Positions 1 through 9,345 of a stretch of DNA of 36,445 bases are shown here, piece after piece; within the stretch, counting starts at the first letter, position 1, and each line of letters starts with the position of its first letter. Location of the stretch: the IMG/VR virus record IMGVR_UViG_3300017643_000041. The stretch is one strand, 5' to 3'. The stretch is from an uncultured virus (IMG/VR IMGVR_UViG_3300017643_000041). Taxonomy: Duplodnaviria > Heunggongvirae > Uroviricota > Caudoviricetes. The notes beneath the pieces are model-generated. The model worked only from the letters and a program-made list of their open reading frames with translations. It was not told the origin of the DNA and did no database searches. Made by a program: the position numbers and the translations under genes.

Positions 1-1
1 T

Positions 2-472
2 GTAGAGGAAAAATGGAATTCCCCGGAAGCAGTAATGGCGAGAGCATTAGGATTTGCTAAAAAGCAATTGGAGCTTGTTAAAGCAGAAAATATGGCTTTT
101 GCTAACCGTCTTGCTTTACAAAACCAGCAAATTTTAGAATTACAGCCTAAAGCAAGTTATTACGACATTGTTCTTCAATGCAAGGATTTAGTGCCTATTT
201 CTGTTATTGCTAAGGATTACGGGTGGAGCGCCGGTCGCATGAATAAATATTTACACGAATGTGGCGTGCAGTTTAAGCAGGGTAAGATTTGGTTGTTGTA
301 TCAAGCTTATGCAGAGAAGGGCTTTACAAGTACAAAGACTTTTATTTCTCCTGACGCTCATGGAGATATGCATAATTATGTCCATACGTATTGGACGCAA
401 GCTGGTAGGCTCTTTATTTACGACCTGCTTAAAGCTGATGCTATATTGCCAATCGTGGAAAGGGAGGCTTAA
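2..472 (+). CDS. Phage antirepressor with KilAC C-terminal domain (5' truncated by window)
   Basis: Frame is open from base 2 (VEEKWNSPEAVMARAL). Contains LQPKASYYD, IAKDYG and TYWTQAGRLFIYDLLK, typical of KilAC antirepressors. Confidence 0.9.
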   Translation, partial: VEEKWNSPEAVMARALGFAKKQLELVKAENMAFANRLALQNQQILELQPKASYYDIVLQCKDLVPISVIAKDYGWSAGRMNKYLHECGVQFKQGKIWLLYQAYAEKGFTSTKTFISPDAHGDMHNYVHTYWTQAGRLFIYDLLKADAILPIVEREA

Positions 473-475
473 GTT

Positions 476-2719
476 ATGCGTTTTACTTTATGCACATCAA
501 CTATTGAGGGTAGTACACAAAATTGTGTTTACCCTCACAAAAAGATAATTGCGGACGAAAATTCGCTGGCAGAGGCTGCAAAGTATGATCATGTAACTGC
601 TGAATATAGAAACAGCTACCGAAGCTCAGATAACTTCATCCAGTCAGACTGTATTCCTATGGACTGTGATAATGATAATTCTGAGGATGAGAAAGCTTGG
701 GTTACGCCTTTAGAAGTATCACTGGCGTTCCCGGACGTTAGTTTTGCTGTGGTCTATAGCAGAAACAATATGAAAGCTAAAGGGACAAAGGTAGCAAGAC
801 CAAAATTTCACGTTTATTTTCCTATTCAGCCCTGCACAAATGTTAAAGAATATACAGACATAAAAAAGCAGATAGCAGCTCATTTTAAACACTTTGATGA
901 AAATGCCTTGGATAGTGCTCGTTTTCTTTTTGGTACAGATAAGCCCAAGGTTGAGCTATGGGAGGGCAGTAGGACAGTAACCGATTTTATCTATGAAGAT
1001 GCTTTTTCAGCCTGGGAGAAAAGTTTAGAAGAAGTGCCAGAAGGCAAGCGCAATAGTACTATGAGCCATTTTGCTGGACGCATATTGAAACGCTTTGGTA
1101 ATACGGAAAAGGCCTATGAACTTTTTCTTAAGAAAGCTGAAAAATGCACTCCACCTCTACCTGAAGAAGAACTTAAGACCATTTGGCATAGTGCTGTGAA
1201 ATTTGGGGAGAAAGTGGAAAACCAAGAAGGCTATATACCACCTGAGAAATATAACTCTGAGTACAAGTTGAAACCGCTAGATTACTCAGATGTAGGACAA
1301 GCTACGATTATGGCTAAAGAATATGTAAATATGCTTAGGTATTCTCCTGCTACAGATTACCTTGTTTATAACGGTAGCTATTGGGAAGAGTCTAGACCAA
1401 AGTCTCAGGCTGTAGCTCAAGAGCTTACCTATCGTCAATTAGAAGAAGCAGAAGTAGAAATGAAAAAAGTTATGCAGGAGATGATGGGGAACGGTGCATG
1501 GGAAGTGCTGGTGGCAGTAGGCCCTAAAAAGGCACCACAATCAATGAATGAAAAACAACTTAATTCCTTTAAAAAGTATCAGGAAGCAGTGGTATATAGG
1601 AACTACGCTATTAAGCGCAGGGATAGTAAGTATATTACCTCAGCATTAAAAGAAGTAAGGCCAATGTTAGAAATTGAACAGCGTATTTTAGACACGGATG
1701 AGTATTTGCTTAACACTCCAACTTTTACCTTTGATTTACAGATAGGTATAAATGGTGCTAGAGAGCATAATCCTATGCATCTCATCACCAAGCAAACAGC
1801 AGTGGACCCTAGTGAAGAGGGAATGAGTCTTTGGCAGGATGCTTTAGATACTATTTTCGAGAAAGATACTAGTCTTATTCAATATGTTCAAGAAGTTACC
1901 GGCCTTGCTGCGATAGGTAAAGTGTATGAAGAATCACTCATTATTTCTTATGGTGAAGGTCGTAATGGCAAGTCTACCTTCTGGAATGTTATCTCTAGGG
2001 TATTAGGTTCCTATAGTGGGAATATTTCTGCAGATGTTTTGACTGTAGGTTGTAAGCGCAATGTGAAACCAGAGCTTGCAGAAGCTAAGGGGAAAAGACT
2101 TTTAATTGCAGCTGAGCTGGAAGAAGGAATGCGTCTTAATACTTCTAATGTTAAGCAATTATGCTCTACGGATGAAATTTATGCGGAGAAAAAGTATAAG
2201 GACCCATTTAGCTATGTGCCTACTCATACTTTAGTACTTTATACTAACCACTTGCCTAAGGTTGGGGCAATTGATGCTGGAACTTGGCGCAGGTTAGTCG
2301 TTATTCCTTTTGGTGCAAAAATTGAAGGTAGCGCCGATGTTAAGAATTTTGCGGATTACCTATTTGAAAATGCGGCAGGAGCTATTCTTAGTTGGATTAT
2401 CGAGGGTGCTAGGCTCGTTGCTGAACACGATATGAAAATTGCCAAGCCTGAAAAGGTGCGAATAGCTATTGGTCAATACAGGGAAAGCAATAATTGGTTT
2501 GGACATTTTCTGGAAGACTGCTGTGAAATTGCTTCAGATAAAATGGAAAAATCTGGTGAGCTATATAACGAATACAGGAGTTTTTGTTTGCAAAATGGTG
2601 AATATGTACGAAGTTCTGCAGATTTCTATAAAGCACTGGAAAGTAATGGTTATGAAAAAATTAGGACTAACAAGGGTCGATTTATTAAGGGCTTATGCCT
2701 AAAGTCAGAGTTTGAATAA
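476..2719 (+). CDS. Phage P4/D5-family primase-helicase (primase N-terminus, PriCT, SF3 helicase)
   Basis: MDCDND and RPKFHVYFP primase motifs, PEGKRNSTM PriCT motif, Walker A YGEGRNGKST, and GTWRRL. Confidence 0.92.
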   Translation: MRFTLCTSTIEGSTQNCVYPHKKIIADENSLAEAAKYDHVTAEYRNSYRSSDNFIQSDCIPMDCDNDNSEDEKAWVTPLEVSLAFPDVSFAVVYSRNNMKAKGTKVARPKFHVYFPIQPCTNVKEYTDIKKQIAAHFKHFDENALDSARFLFGTDKPKVELWEGSRTVTDFIYEDAFSAWEKSLEEVPEGKRNSTMSHFAGRILKRFGNTEKAYELFLKKAEKCTPPLPEEELKTIWHSAVKFGEKVENQEGYIPPEKYNSEYKLKPLDYSDVGQATIMAKEYVNMLRYSPATDYLVYNGSYWEESRPKSQAVAQELTYRQLEEAEVEMKKVMQEMMGNGAWEVLVAVGPKKAPQSMNEKQLNSFKKYQEAVVYRNYAIKRRDSKYITSALKEVRPMLEIEQRILDTDEYLLNTPTFTFDLQIGINGAREHNPMHLITKQTAVDPSEEGMSLWQDALDTIFEKDTSLIQYVQEVTGLAAIGKVYEESLIISYGEGRNGKSTFWNVISRVLGSYSGNISADVLTVGCKRNVKPELAEAKGKRLLIAAELEEGMRLNTSNVKQLCSTDEIYAEKKYKDPFSYVPTHTLVLYTNHLPKVGAIDAGTWRRLVVIPFGAKIEGSADVKNFADYLFENAAGAILSWIIEGARLVAEHDMKIAKPEKVRIAIGQYRESNNWFGHFLEDCCEIASDKMEKSGELYNEYRSFCLQNGEYVRSSADFYKALESNGYEKIRTNKGRFIKGLCLKSEFE

Positions 2720-2726
2720 TATAAGA

Positions 2727-2820
2727 GTGACACCCATGACAGTCATATATATAACTTTTTATATAGGGTTAAAAAATATCATATATAAATATATATAGAA
2801 ATATATGCCATGGGTGACAC
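2727..2820. other. Putative phage replication origin: AT-rich tract flanked by a 15-bp imperfect inverted repeat
   Basis: GTGACACCCATGACA (2727-2741) and TGCCATGGGTGACAC (2806-2820) are reverse complements with 2 mismatches. They enclose (AT)n-rich DNA directly downstream of the primase. Confidence 0.55.
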
Positions 2821-2843
2821 AACTTAAAAATGAGGTTGATTTT

Positions 2844-3125
2844 ATGCGTGAAAAGGTAATCGAGCAAAGGCTCGTTAAAGCAGTAAAAGGCTTGGGAGGA
2901 ATTAGTCCCAAGTTTGTAAGTCCTGGCTTATCCGGTATGCCAGACAGAATAGTTTTATTGCCTGATGGGAAGGTTGGCTTTGTAGAAGTAAAGGCACCTG
3001 GTAAAAAACCAAGAGCCTTGCAGGTAGTAAGGCATGAGAAGTTAAGAGAGTTAGGCTTTAAGGTATTTGTCCTTGATGGGGAAGAACAGATTGGAGAGGT
3101 GCTACATGCAATTCAAACCACATAA
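2844..3125 (+). CDS. VRR-NUC domain nuclease
   Basis: MREKVIEQRL, GMPDRIVL and FVEVKAPG PD-(D/E)xK motifs; GAGG RBS before ATG 2844. Confidence 0.92.
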   Translation: MREKVIEQRLVKAVKGLGGISPKFVSPGLSGMPDRIVLLPDGKVGFVEVKAPGKKPRALQVVRHEKLRELGFKVFVLDGEEQIGEVLHAIQTT

Positions 3126-4446
3126 ATATCAAGAGTATGCAACTAACTTTGTTTTGGATAACCCGATCGCTGCAGTTTTCTTAAATTGTGGCATGGGAAA
3201 AACAATTATAGCTCTTACCGCAATACGTGAACTCATGTTAGAGCGGTTCGATGTCTCCAAAACACTTATAATAGGACCACTTAGGCCGATTAGAGATACT
3301 TGGCCATCGGAAATAAGAAAGTGGGATCACTTAGGCGATTTGCGAATGTCGGTAGTGGTAGGCACTGAGCACCAAAGAAAAGCTGCCTTAGCTACAGAGG
3401 CTGAGATTTATGTTATCAATAGGGAGAATGTGGAGTGGCTTGTTAAAAATTATCCTTGGGACTTTGACATGGTTGTTATCGATGAGCTGTCCAGCTTTAA
3501 ATCCTATAGCGCTAAAAGGTTTAAAAGCCTTTTAAAAGTAAGACCGAAGATTAAACGCATCGTAGGCCTTACCGGTACACCTTCTAGTAATGGCCTGATG
3601 GATTTATGGGCAGAGTTTAGAATCCTAGATTTAGGTAAGAGACTAGGTAGGTTTATTACAGGCTTTAGGCATGACTTCTTTACACCGGACAAACGCAATC
3701 AGCAAATCGTCTTTTCCTACAAAGCACTACCGGGAGCAGAGGAGTGTATCTACAAGCTAATCTCGGACATTACCATCTCCATGAAGTCGGTAGATTTCTT
3801 AGATATGCCCAAGTGCCTTATGAACACTGTAGAGGTTAGCCTATCCGAAAAGGAACGTGAGCTATACGATAAGCTCAAAAAGGATATGGTGCTTGCTGTA
3901 GGTAGTGAAGAGATAGATGCTGTGAATGCTGCAGCTCTTAGCAATAAGCTTCTCCAAATGGCTAATGGCGCTGTCTATGGTGAGGACAAGAGCGTGATTG
4001 CTATCCACGATAAAAAGCTTGATGCCTTGGAGGACTTAATCGAAGGAGCTAATGGTAAGCCTGTCCTTATAGCGTATTGGTTTAAGCATGACCTAGAGCG
4101 TATTAAAAACCGCTTTAAGGTACGTGAGATTAAAGAAAGCCAGGATATCACAGATTGGAATAAAGGCGAAATACCTGTGGCAGTTATCCATCCAGCCTCT
4201 GCCGGTCATGGTTTAAATCTACAAGCCGGTGGTTCTACCCTCATTTGGTTCGGCTTAACTTGGAGTTTGGAGCTTTACCAACAAACCAATGCCAGACTCT
4301 GGAGACAGGGACAGAAAGATACCGTTATAATCCACCACATCGTCTCTAAAGGCACGATAGATGAGAACGTGATACTTGCCCTAGGCAGGAAGAATAAAAC
4401 GCAGGACGAGCTTATAAACGCTGTTAAAGCAAATCTTAGGAGGTAG
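3106..4446 (+). CDS. SNF2-family helicase
   Basis: GMGKT, VVIDELS, LTGTP, SAGHGLNLQ and ARLWRQGQ motifs; start at MQFKPHKYQ after GGAGAGGT. Confidence 0.93.
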   Translation: MQFKPHKYQEYATNFVLDNPIAAVFLNCGMGKTIIALTAIRELMLERFDVSKTLIIGPLRPIRDTWPSEIRKWDHLGDLRMSVVVGTEHQRKAALATEAEIYVINRENVEWLVKNYPWDFDMVVIDELSSFKSYSAKRFKSLLKVRPKIKRIVGLTGTPSSNGLMDLWAEFRILDLGKRLGRFITGFRHDFFTPDKRNQQIVFSYKALPGAEECIYKLISDITISMKSVDFLDMPKCLMNTVEVSLSEKERELYDKLKKDMVLAVGSEEIDAVNAAALSNKLLQMANGAVYGEDKSVIAIHDKKLDALEDLIEGANGKPVLIAYWFKHDLERIKNRFKVREIKESQDITDWNKGEIPVAVIHPASAGHGLNLQAGGSTLIWFGLTWSLELYQQTNARLWRQGQKDTVIIHHIVSKGTIDENVILALGRKNKTQDELINAVKANLRR

Positions 4447-4451
4447 GAAGT

Positions 4452-4682
4452 ATGGAAGATAAAGTAAATCACCCTAAACACTATACAAATGGCAAGGTGG
4501 AGTGTATTGATGCCCTAGAAGCTGCTACTACAGGCCTAATTGGTATTGAAGCAGTTTGTACGGCTAATGCCATTAAGTATCTGTGGCGGTGGAAGTACAA
4601 GAACGGAGTAGAAGATTTAGAAAAGGCCAAGTGGTATATAGATAGACTCCTAAAGGAGGTACATCATGCTAAGACCATATGA
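4452..4682 (+). CDS. DUF3310 phage protein
   Basis: DKVNHPKHY...ECIDA...NAIKYLWRWKYKNGVEDLEKAKWY signature. Confidence 0.88.
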   Translation: MEDKVNHPKHYTNGKVECIDALEAATTGLIGIEAVCTANAIKYLWRWKYKNGVEDLEKAKWYIDRLLKEVHHAKTI

Positions 4683-4884
4683 AGAATTAGCCAATGCTGT
4701 TGTTTTACAAGCTGTTGAAGATTATCGCAAGGCTGGGAAGGATATTGCTAAGGGTAAGAAGTTAGCTACATCCAAAGCCGAGCAAAGAAGAATAACTCGT
4801 TTTATTAAATCTAAATGGTTTACCATGCTGACGGAAGTCAGACCGGAGCTTTTACTAAAGCAATTGCAAAAGGAGGAATATTAA
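4666..4884 (+). CDS. Conserved phage hypothetical protein
   Basis: PYEELANAVVLQAVEDYR...FIKSKWF pattern; AAGGAGG RBS. Confidence 0.8.
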   Translation: MLRPYEELANAVVLQAVEDYRKAGKDIAKGKKLATSKAEQRRITRFIKSKWFTMLTEVRPELLLKQLQKEEY

Positions 4885-4885
4885 T

Positions 4886-5311
4886 ATGACACCTAAGGAA
4901 TATATGGAAGAGGCCTATCTAGTTGACCAAATCATTGATGCAAAGCTTGAGCAGGTACAGTCCTTGAAGGAGTTGTCCACTAAAGCTACAAGTACTATCA
5001 GCGACATGCCAAGGAGTGCTACGCCTAATTTAAAGCAAATGGAAACAGTGATTTGTAAGCTGGTTGACCTGCAGCGAGAGATTAACTGCGATATTGATAG
5101 GCTAGTGGATTTAAAACGAGAAAGGATGCAGGTAATTAAATACCTTGATAGACCGGAGCAGCGAGTTGTTCTAGAGCTAAGGTATTTAAACTTTAAGAAA
5201 TGGTCGGTGATAGCAAGCATTACAGGTTTTAGTATTCGTCAATTGTATAGAATCCATGATGAAGCCCTAAATTCTCTAAAAAAAATAAAACATGTCACTC
5301 TTTTGTTGTAG
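4886..5311 (+). CDS. Late transcriptional activator (DUF1492/RinA/ArpU-like)
   Basis: C-terminal sigma-4-like HTH (VLELRYLNFKKWSVIA...SIRQLYRIHDEAL), located immediately before the packaging genes. Confidence 0.82.
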   Translation: MTPKEYMEEAYLVDQIIDAKLEQVQSLKELSTKATSTISDMPRSATPNLKQMETVICKLVDLQREINCDIDRLVDLKRERMQVIKYLDRPEQRVVLELRYLNFKKWSVIASITGFSIRQLYRIHDEALNSLKKIKHVTLLL

Positions 5312-5338
5312 ATGTCACTATGCCCTTTGTGATATGAT
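5292..5338 (+). promoter_or_regulatory. Putative late promoter with activator-binding direct repeats
   Basis: ATGTCACT at 5292-5299 and 5312-5319 (20-bp period), followed by extended -10 TGaTATGAT at 5330-5338. Confidence 0.6.
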
Positions 5339-5368
5339 ATACTCAGCAAAAGAATATAAAGTGGTACC

Positions 5369-5404
5369 AAGCCTTAGAGGGCACGAACCTCTAGGGCTTT
5401 TTAT
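5369..5404 (+). terminator. Intrinsic terminator-like hairpin in the late leader
   Basis: AAGCCTTAGAGG / CCTCTAGGGCTT stem followed by a T tract. Confidence 0.65.
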
Positions 5405-5430
5405 ATGCCCAAATTCAGGAGGAAGTAGAT

Positions 5431-5541
5431 ATGGATTTAAAGACTAAACATAAATTAAAGCAAGAGAAAGCTCATGCCATGAAGCTGAGACGCAAGGCAA
5501 AGCTACTAGAAAGGTTGGTGCGTAATGCCCAAACGACCTAA
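5431..5541 (+). CDS. Small basic hypothetical protein, 36 aa (not in ORF track)
   Basis: AGGAGG RBS; MDLKTKHKLKQEKAHAMKLRRKAKLLERLVRNAQTT*; overlaps the HNH start. Confidence 0.55.
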   Translation: MDLKTKHKLKQEKAHAMKLRRKAKLLERLVRNAQTT

Positions 5542-5875
5542 GAGACCCTGCGGTTATCCAGGCTGCCCAGAGCTGACCGAGGGTAGCTATTGCGAGAAAC
5601 ACCAAAAGGAAGTGTATTCACACTACAACAAATATAGACGTGACCCTGAGAGCAAGAGACGCTACGGCAGAGCTTGGAAACGGATACGTGACAGATACAT
5701 AGCTAAAGAACCTTTTTGTGAGCTGTGCAAAGCTAGTGGCAGGATGGTCTTAGCTGAAGAGGTGCATCACATTAAACCTATAAGTGCCGGCGGAGACAGT
5801 AGCGAAGAAAACCTCATGGCTCTTTGCAAGAGCTGCCACTCTAGAATTACAAGACAGTATCAGCGGAGCTTGTAG
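5525..5875 (+). CDS. Terminase-associated HNH endonuclease
   Basis: MPKRPKRPC..PGC, CELC, EEVHHIKPI and NLMALCKSCH motifs; upstream of terS. Confidence 0.93.
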   Translation: MPKRPKRPCGYPGCPELTEGSYCEKHQKEVYSHYNKYRRDPESKRRYGRAWKRIRDRYIAKEPFCELCKASGRMVLAEEVHHIKPISAGGDSSEENLMALCKSCHSRITRQYQRSL

Positions 5876-5924
5876 ATAGCCTGTTTATCACGTTTGTGAC
5901 GAGTGACACCACGCAACCCTAGGA

Positions 5925-6020
5925 AAAATGAGGGGTGGGGGAGTTGAAATCTCTAGAACGCAGTGCCAGAGCCAGCGACCGCCTCTATCACGCACAAAAA
6001 CAGCGAAATCAAAAGGGTAA
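5925..6020. other. Probable cos/packaging initiation region
   Basis: Intergenic HNH-terS position with a G-run (GGGGTGGGGAG), AAATCTCTA and a GC-rich core, as expected for HNH-assisted cos phages. The exact cut site cannot be determined. Confidence 0.5.
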
Positions 6021-6034
6021 TAGGAGGAAATCAA

Positions 6035-6586
6035 ATGCCCACGAAGTCAAATAACACCGGTGGACGTGGCGGAGCAAGGCCAGGAGCCGGGAGAAAGAAA
6101 AAAGCGGTGGTTGAAAAAGCTACAAATGGTAACCCTGGAGGGCGCAAATTAGAGATATTAGACATACCGGAAATCAAAGGTGTGGAAATGCCTAAGCCTA
6201 ATGAGCTTTTATCCGCTGAGCAAAGAGATGGTAGCATTTTACAAGCCGCTAGTATTTACGAGGAAACTTGGCAGTGGCTGAAGAGCGTAGGCTGTAGTGC
6301 GAAAGTATCTACGCAACTTTTAGAACGCTACGCAATGGCAAGTGCCAGGTGGATTCAATGCGAGGAGATGACGAACAAGCTAGGCATGCTTTCCGTCCAT
6401 CCAACCACGAAAGCTCCCATTCCGTCTCCTTTTATAAATATCGGTATTAATTATATGAATCAAGCCATGAGGCTATGGAATGAAATATTTCAAATAGTAA
6501 AAGAAAATTGTAGCACTGACTATGACGCACCTACTCCTCAGATGGATTTGATGGAGCGTCTACTTAGGGCGAGAGAGAATAGGTGA
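6035..6586 (+). CDS. terS: Terminase small subunit (P27-like)
   Basis: MPTKSNNTGGRGGARPGAGRKKK N-terminus and HPTT..PIPSPF motif; AGGAGG RBS; follows HNH. Confidence 0.88.
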   Translation: MPTKSNNTGGRGGARPGAGRKKKAVVEKATNGNPGGRKLEILDIPEIKGVEMPKPNELLSAEQRDGSILQAASIYEETWQWLKSVGCSAKVSTQLLERYAMASARWIQCEEMTNKLGMLSVHPTTKAPIPSPFINIGINYMNQAMRLWNEIFQIVKENCSTDYDAPTPQMDLMERLLRARENR

Positions 6587-6590
6587 TGAC

Positions 6591-7826
6591 ATGGATAAAA
6601 GCACGCAATATTATTTAGCTGATGTCAAAGAGCTAATACCATATGCTAGAAACGCAAGAACTCACTCCGATGAGCAGATTGCTCAAATTGCAGCGTCTAT
6701 AAGGGAGTTCGGTTTCTTGTCTCCTATCATTGTGTCAAAGGACAATACCATTCTTTGTGGCCATGGGAGGTTTTACGCAGCACAAAGATTAGGCCTTACT
6801 AAAGTGCCTTGCATTAAAGAGGAATACTTAACGGAAACGCAGCGCAGAGCGTATATCTTAGCCGATAACAAATTGTCCTTAAATGCCGGTTGGGATAATG
6901 AAATGCTTGCTGTGGAGTTAGAGGATTTACAGAACAGCTTTGATATAAATTTAATTGGCTTTGACGCTAAGGAATTAGCTGCTCTCTTTGACGATGGATT
7001 GGACGCTAAAGACGATGACTTCGATGTGGACGAAGAACTTAAGAAACCGTGCTTTAGTAAAGCTGGTGACTTGTGGCATTTAGGAAAGCATCGCTTGGTT
7101 TGTGGAGATAGCACAAAAGTTGCTACCTATGACCTGCTCATGGATGGTAAAGAAGCAAATCTAGTAGTGACGGACCCGCCTTATAATGTAAATTACGAGG
7201 GTAGTGCTGGTAAGATTAAAAATGACAATATGGAAAACAGTGCTTTTTACCAATTCTTGTTAGATGCCTTTACTAATACAGAAAAGGTCATGGCTCAAGA
7301 TGCTAGTATTTATGTTTTTCATGCTGATACAGAAGGGCTTAATTTCCGCAGGGCATTTGCCGATGCGGGTTTTTATTTATCCGGCACTTGTATTTGGAAG
7401 AAGCAAAGCCTAGTCTTAGGGCGCTCTCCGTATCAATGGCAGCATGAGCCTGTGCTTTTTGGTTGGAAACGTAAGGGCAAGCATGAGTGGTACACAGGCA
7501 GAAAAGAATCTACTATTTGGGAGTTTGATAAGCCTAAGAAAAATGGTGATCATCCTACCATGAAACCTGTCCCACTTTTGGCATATCCAATTAAAAATTC
7601 TAGCATGAGCAATTGTATCGTCCTCGATCCCTTTGGAGGGAGTGGGTCTACACTAATTGCTTGTGAGCAAACGAATAGAATTTGCTTTACGACAGAGCTG
7701 GATGAGAAGTATTGCGATGTAATTGTGAAACGCTATATTGAGCAGGTTGGTTCTAGTAGTGATGTGAAACTAGAACGTGACGGTGTGCTTTTAAAGTACG
7801 AAGAAGTGCCGGGAACTAGCTCTTAG
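6591..7826 (+). CDS. ParB/Srx-domain fused N6/N4 DNA methyltransferase
   Basis: N-terminal PYARNARTHS...GHGR...LADNK (ParB), followed by TDPPY, HPTMKP and LDPFGGSGST (beta-class MTase). Confidence 0.93.
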   Translation: MDKSTQYYLADVKELIPYARNARTHSDEQIAQIAASIREFGFLSPIIVSKDNTILCGHGRFYAAQRLGLTKVPCIKEEYLTETQRRAYILADNKLSLNAGWDNEMLAVELEDLQNSFDINLIGFDAKELAALFDDGLDAKDDDFDVDEELKKPCFSKAGDLWHLGKHRLVCGDSTKVATYDLLMDGKEANLVVTDPPYNVNYEGSAGKIKNDNMENSAFYQFLLDAFTNTEKVMAQDASIYVFHADTEGLNFRRAFADAGFYLSGTCIWKKQSLVLGRSPYQWQHEPVLFGWKRKGKHEWYTGRKESTIWEFDKPKKNGDHPTMKPVPLLAYPIKNSSMSNCIVLDPFGGSGSTLIACEQTNRICFTTELDEKYCDVIVKRYIEQVGSSSDVKLERDGVLLKYEEVPGTSS

Positions 7827-7836
7827 CCTAGCTGTG

Positions 7837-7907
7837 AAGTATACAGTATCTCTTGCCTAATTAGCTTGCTATTATGTGCCTTTAGAGCGAATATGTACAT
7901 AACAAAA
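7837..7907 (+). repeat. Promoter-like direct repeat, copy 1
   Basis: 62/71 ungapped identity to 9017-9087; contains TTGCTA and precedes an RBS. Confidence 0.85.
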
Positions 7908-7925
7908 CAAAGCGAGGCACACAAA

Positions 7926-8615
7926 ATGAAAATCAATTTTAACTTAAAAGGCGAAGAGAGAAAGGCTTTAGTAAAGGCAGTTAGCGAATTAACAGGTGCA
8001 AAGGCCACTTACCAAGGAGTGCCAAGCATGGCTTACATGGTAGATTATTTCACCATCACCAAAGAGGGCAACTTAGAATTTGACGATAGGGCAGACAGTG
8101 AGGAGATTGAAAACTTGCTGGACGGTTTGGCAGAGCGTGGTTTTACCCTCCATGATGAAAAGCTAGAAGCTATGGCAGCAAAGCTGAATGCGGTGGAAGA
8201 AACTTCTGAAGAAGCTGAAAAGATAGACTACACTATTAGCATTCCCTTGGAACATGTAGATTGCGGTAAGCTAACCAAGATTCTAGAGGTCAAAGGTGAC
8301 CTTATTAAAAAGGCGCTAGGTATTGAAGAACTACCCATTAAGATTGATGCAGAGAAGGTTTCCTTCCCTTGGTTTAGAATTGAGCCTGAATACGAAACTT
8401 GCCAAGCGATGGCGGAGCTTGTGGTAGCACTTTGCAAAATGAGTAAAGACCAAAAACGCATTACCGCTCAAAAGAAAGAAGTGGACAACGAAAAATACGC
8501 CTTAAGATGTTTTCTTTTAAGGCTCGGCTTTATCGGCAAAGAATACAAAGAAATCAGAAAGACCTTGCTTAGTAAACTTTCCGGTAACGCAGCTTTCAAG
8601 GGAGGTGCGAAATAA
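7926..8615 (+). CDS. Phage accessory protein ('virulence-related' family of Firmicutes prophages)
   Basis: ERKALVKAVSEL..A.YQGVPSMAY and NEKYALRCFLLRLGFIGKEYK..RK.LL..LSGNAAFK motifs. Confidence 0.8.
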   Translation: MKINFNLKGEERKALVKAVSELTGAKATYQGVPSMAYMVDYFTITKEGNLEFDDRADSEEIENLLDGLAERGFTLHDEKLEAMAAKLNAVEETSEEAEKIDYTISIPLEHVDCGKLTKILEVKGDLIKKALGIEELPIKIDAEKVSFPWFRIEPEYETCQAMAELVVALCKMSKDQKRITAQKKEVDNEKYALRCFLLRLGFIGKEYKEIRKTLLSKLSGNAAFKGGAK

Positions 8616-8845
8616 TGAACTTCCCATCTAGAGAAACAGTGGAACATTTAAGAAAGCGTTATCCCGTAGGAGCTACAGTGGAGCTTCTGCGCATGGAAGA
8701 TTTTCAAGCTCCTCCTATTGGTACAAGAGGCACGGTGACAGGCGTGGATGACGCAGGTTCCGTGATGGTTAATTGGCGTAATGGCAGCAGCCTGTCAGTG
8801 GCCTATGGTGAAGATTTATGTAGGGTGGTGCGAGATAATGAATAA
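8615..8845 (+). CDS. DUF4314 protein
   Basis: YPVGATVELLRMED.QAPPIGTRGTVTGVDDAG...W.NGSSL signature; TAATG translational coupling. Confidence 0.85.
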   Translation: MNFPSRETVEHLRKRYPVGATVELLRMEDFQAPPIGTRGTVTGVDDAGSVMVNWRNGSSLSVAYGEDLCRVVRDNE

Positions 8846-9017
8846 AGCTAAAATACGTGCTCAGATATTAGCTATCCGCGACTCCGGCGAAACTAATATG
8901 TTTGCTGTAAATATGGTGCGGGTCCTGGCTAATTCCAAAGGCTACTATGAATTGGTGCTTTTTATTGAGGAGCACAAGGCAGAATATGTGCATTTCATCC
9001 TCACAGGAGAACTGTAA
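8838..9017 (+). CDS. DUF5049 protein
   Basis: QILAIRDSGETNMF...YVHFILTGE signature. Confidence 0.82.
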   Translation: MNKAKIRAQILAIRDSGETNMFAVNMVRVLANSKGYYELVLFIEEHKAEYVHFILTGEL

Positions 9018-9087
9018 AGTATACAGTATCTCTCACAGTATTCGCTTGCTATTATGTGTCTTTAGAGCGAATATGTGTATAACAAAA
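9017..9087 (+). repeat. Promoter-like direct repeat, copy 2
   Basis: 62/71 identity to 7837-7907; followed by AAGGAGG. Confidence 0.85.
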
Positions 9088-9105
9088 GCAAAGGAGGAAA
9101 GCACC

Positions 9106-9333
9106 ATGTGGAGAGAAGGAGCACTGGTTTTAGGAAAGGGTAACATTTACCATTACGAGATTAAGGTTTATGAGGAGCCAAGTGAGTACGGTATTGAAGG
9201 CGGTAAGATTTCCAAGCTGCTGATAAAACAGGACGGCAAAGAAGTAGCCTCCTACGATAGAGGGTGGGATGTTGAGCCAACATCGGAAGAAGCAGAACTT
9301 GCCCTAGCCATTTTATTGAAAGAGCACAATTAA
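9106..9333 (+). CDS. Phage accessory hypothetical protein
   Basis: MWREG...EEPSEYGIEGGKISKL...YDRGWDVEP pattern; strong RBS. Confidence 0.82.
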   Translation: MWREGALVLGKGNIYHYEIKVYEEPSEYGIEGGKISKLLIKQDGKEVASYDRGWDVEPTSEEAELALAILLKEHN

Positions 9334-9345
9334 GGAGGACGCACC

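Noticed and set aside
2727..5908. Shared GTGACA/TGTCAC hexamer at the putative origin, late promoter and near cos
   Set aside because: A 6-mer is too short to separate from chance without statistics.
7837..9087. Repeats as a CRISPR array or att sites
   Set aside because: Only two imperfect copies, 1180 bp apart, each preceding an RBS; no cas gene or integrase.
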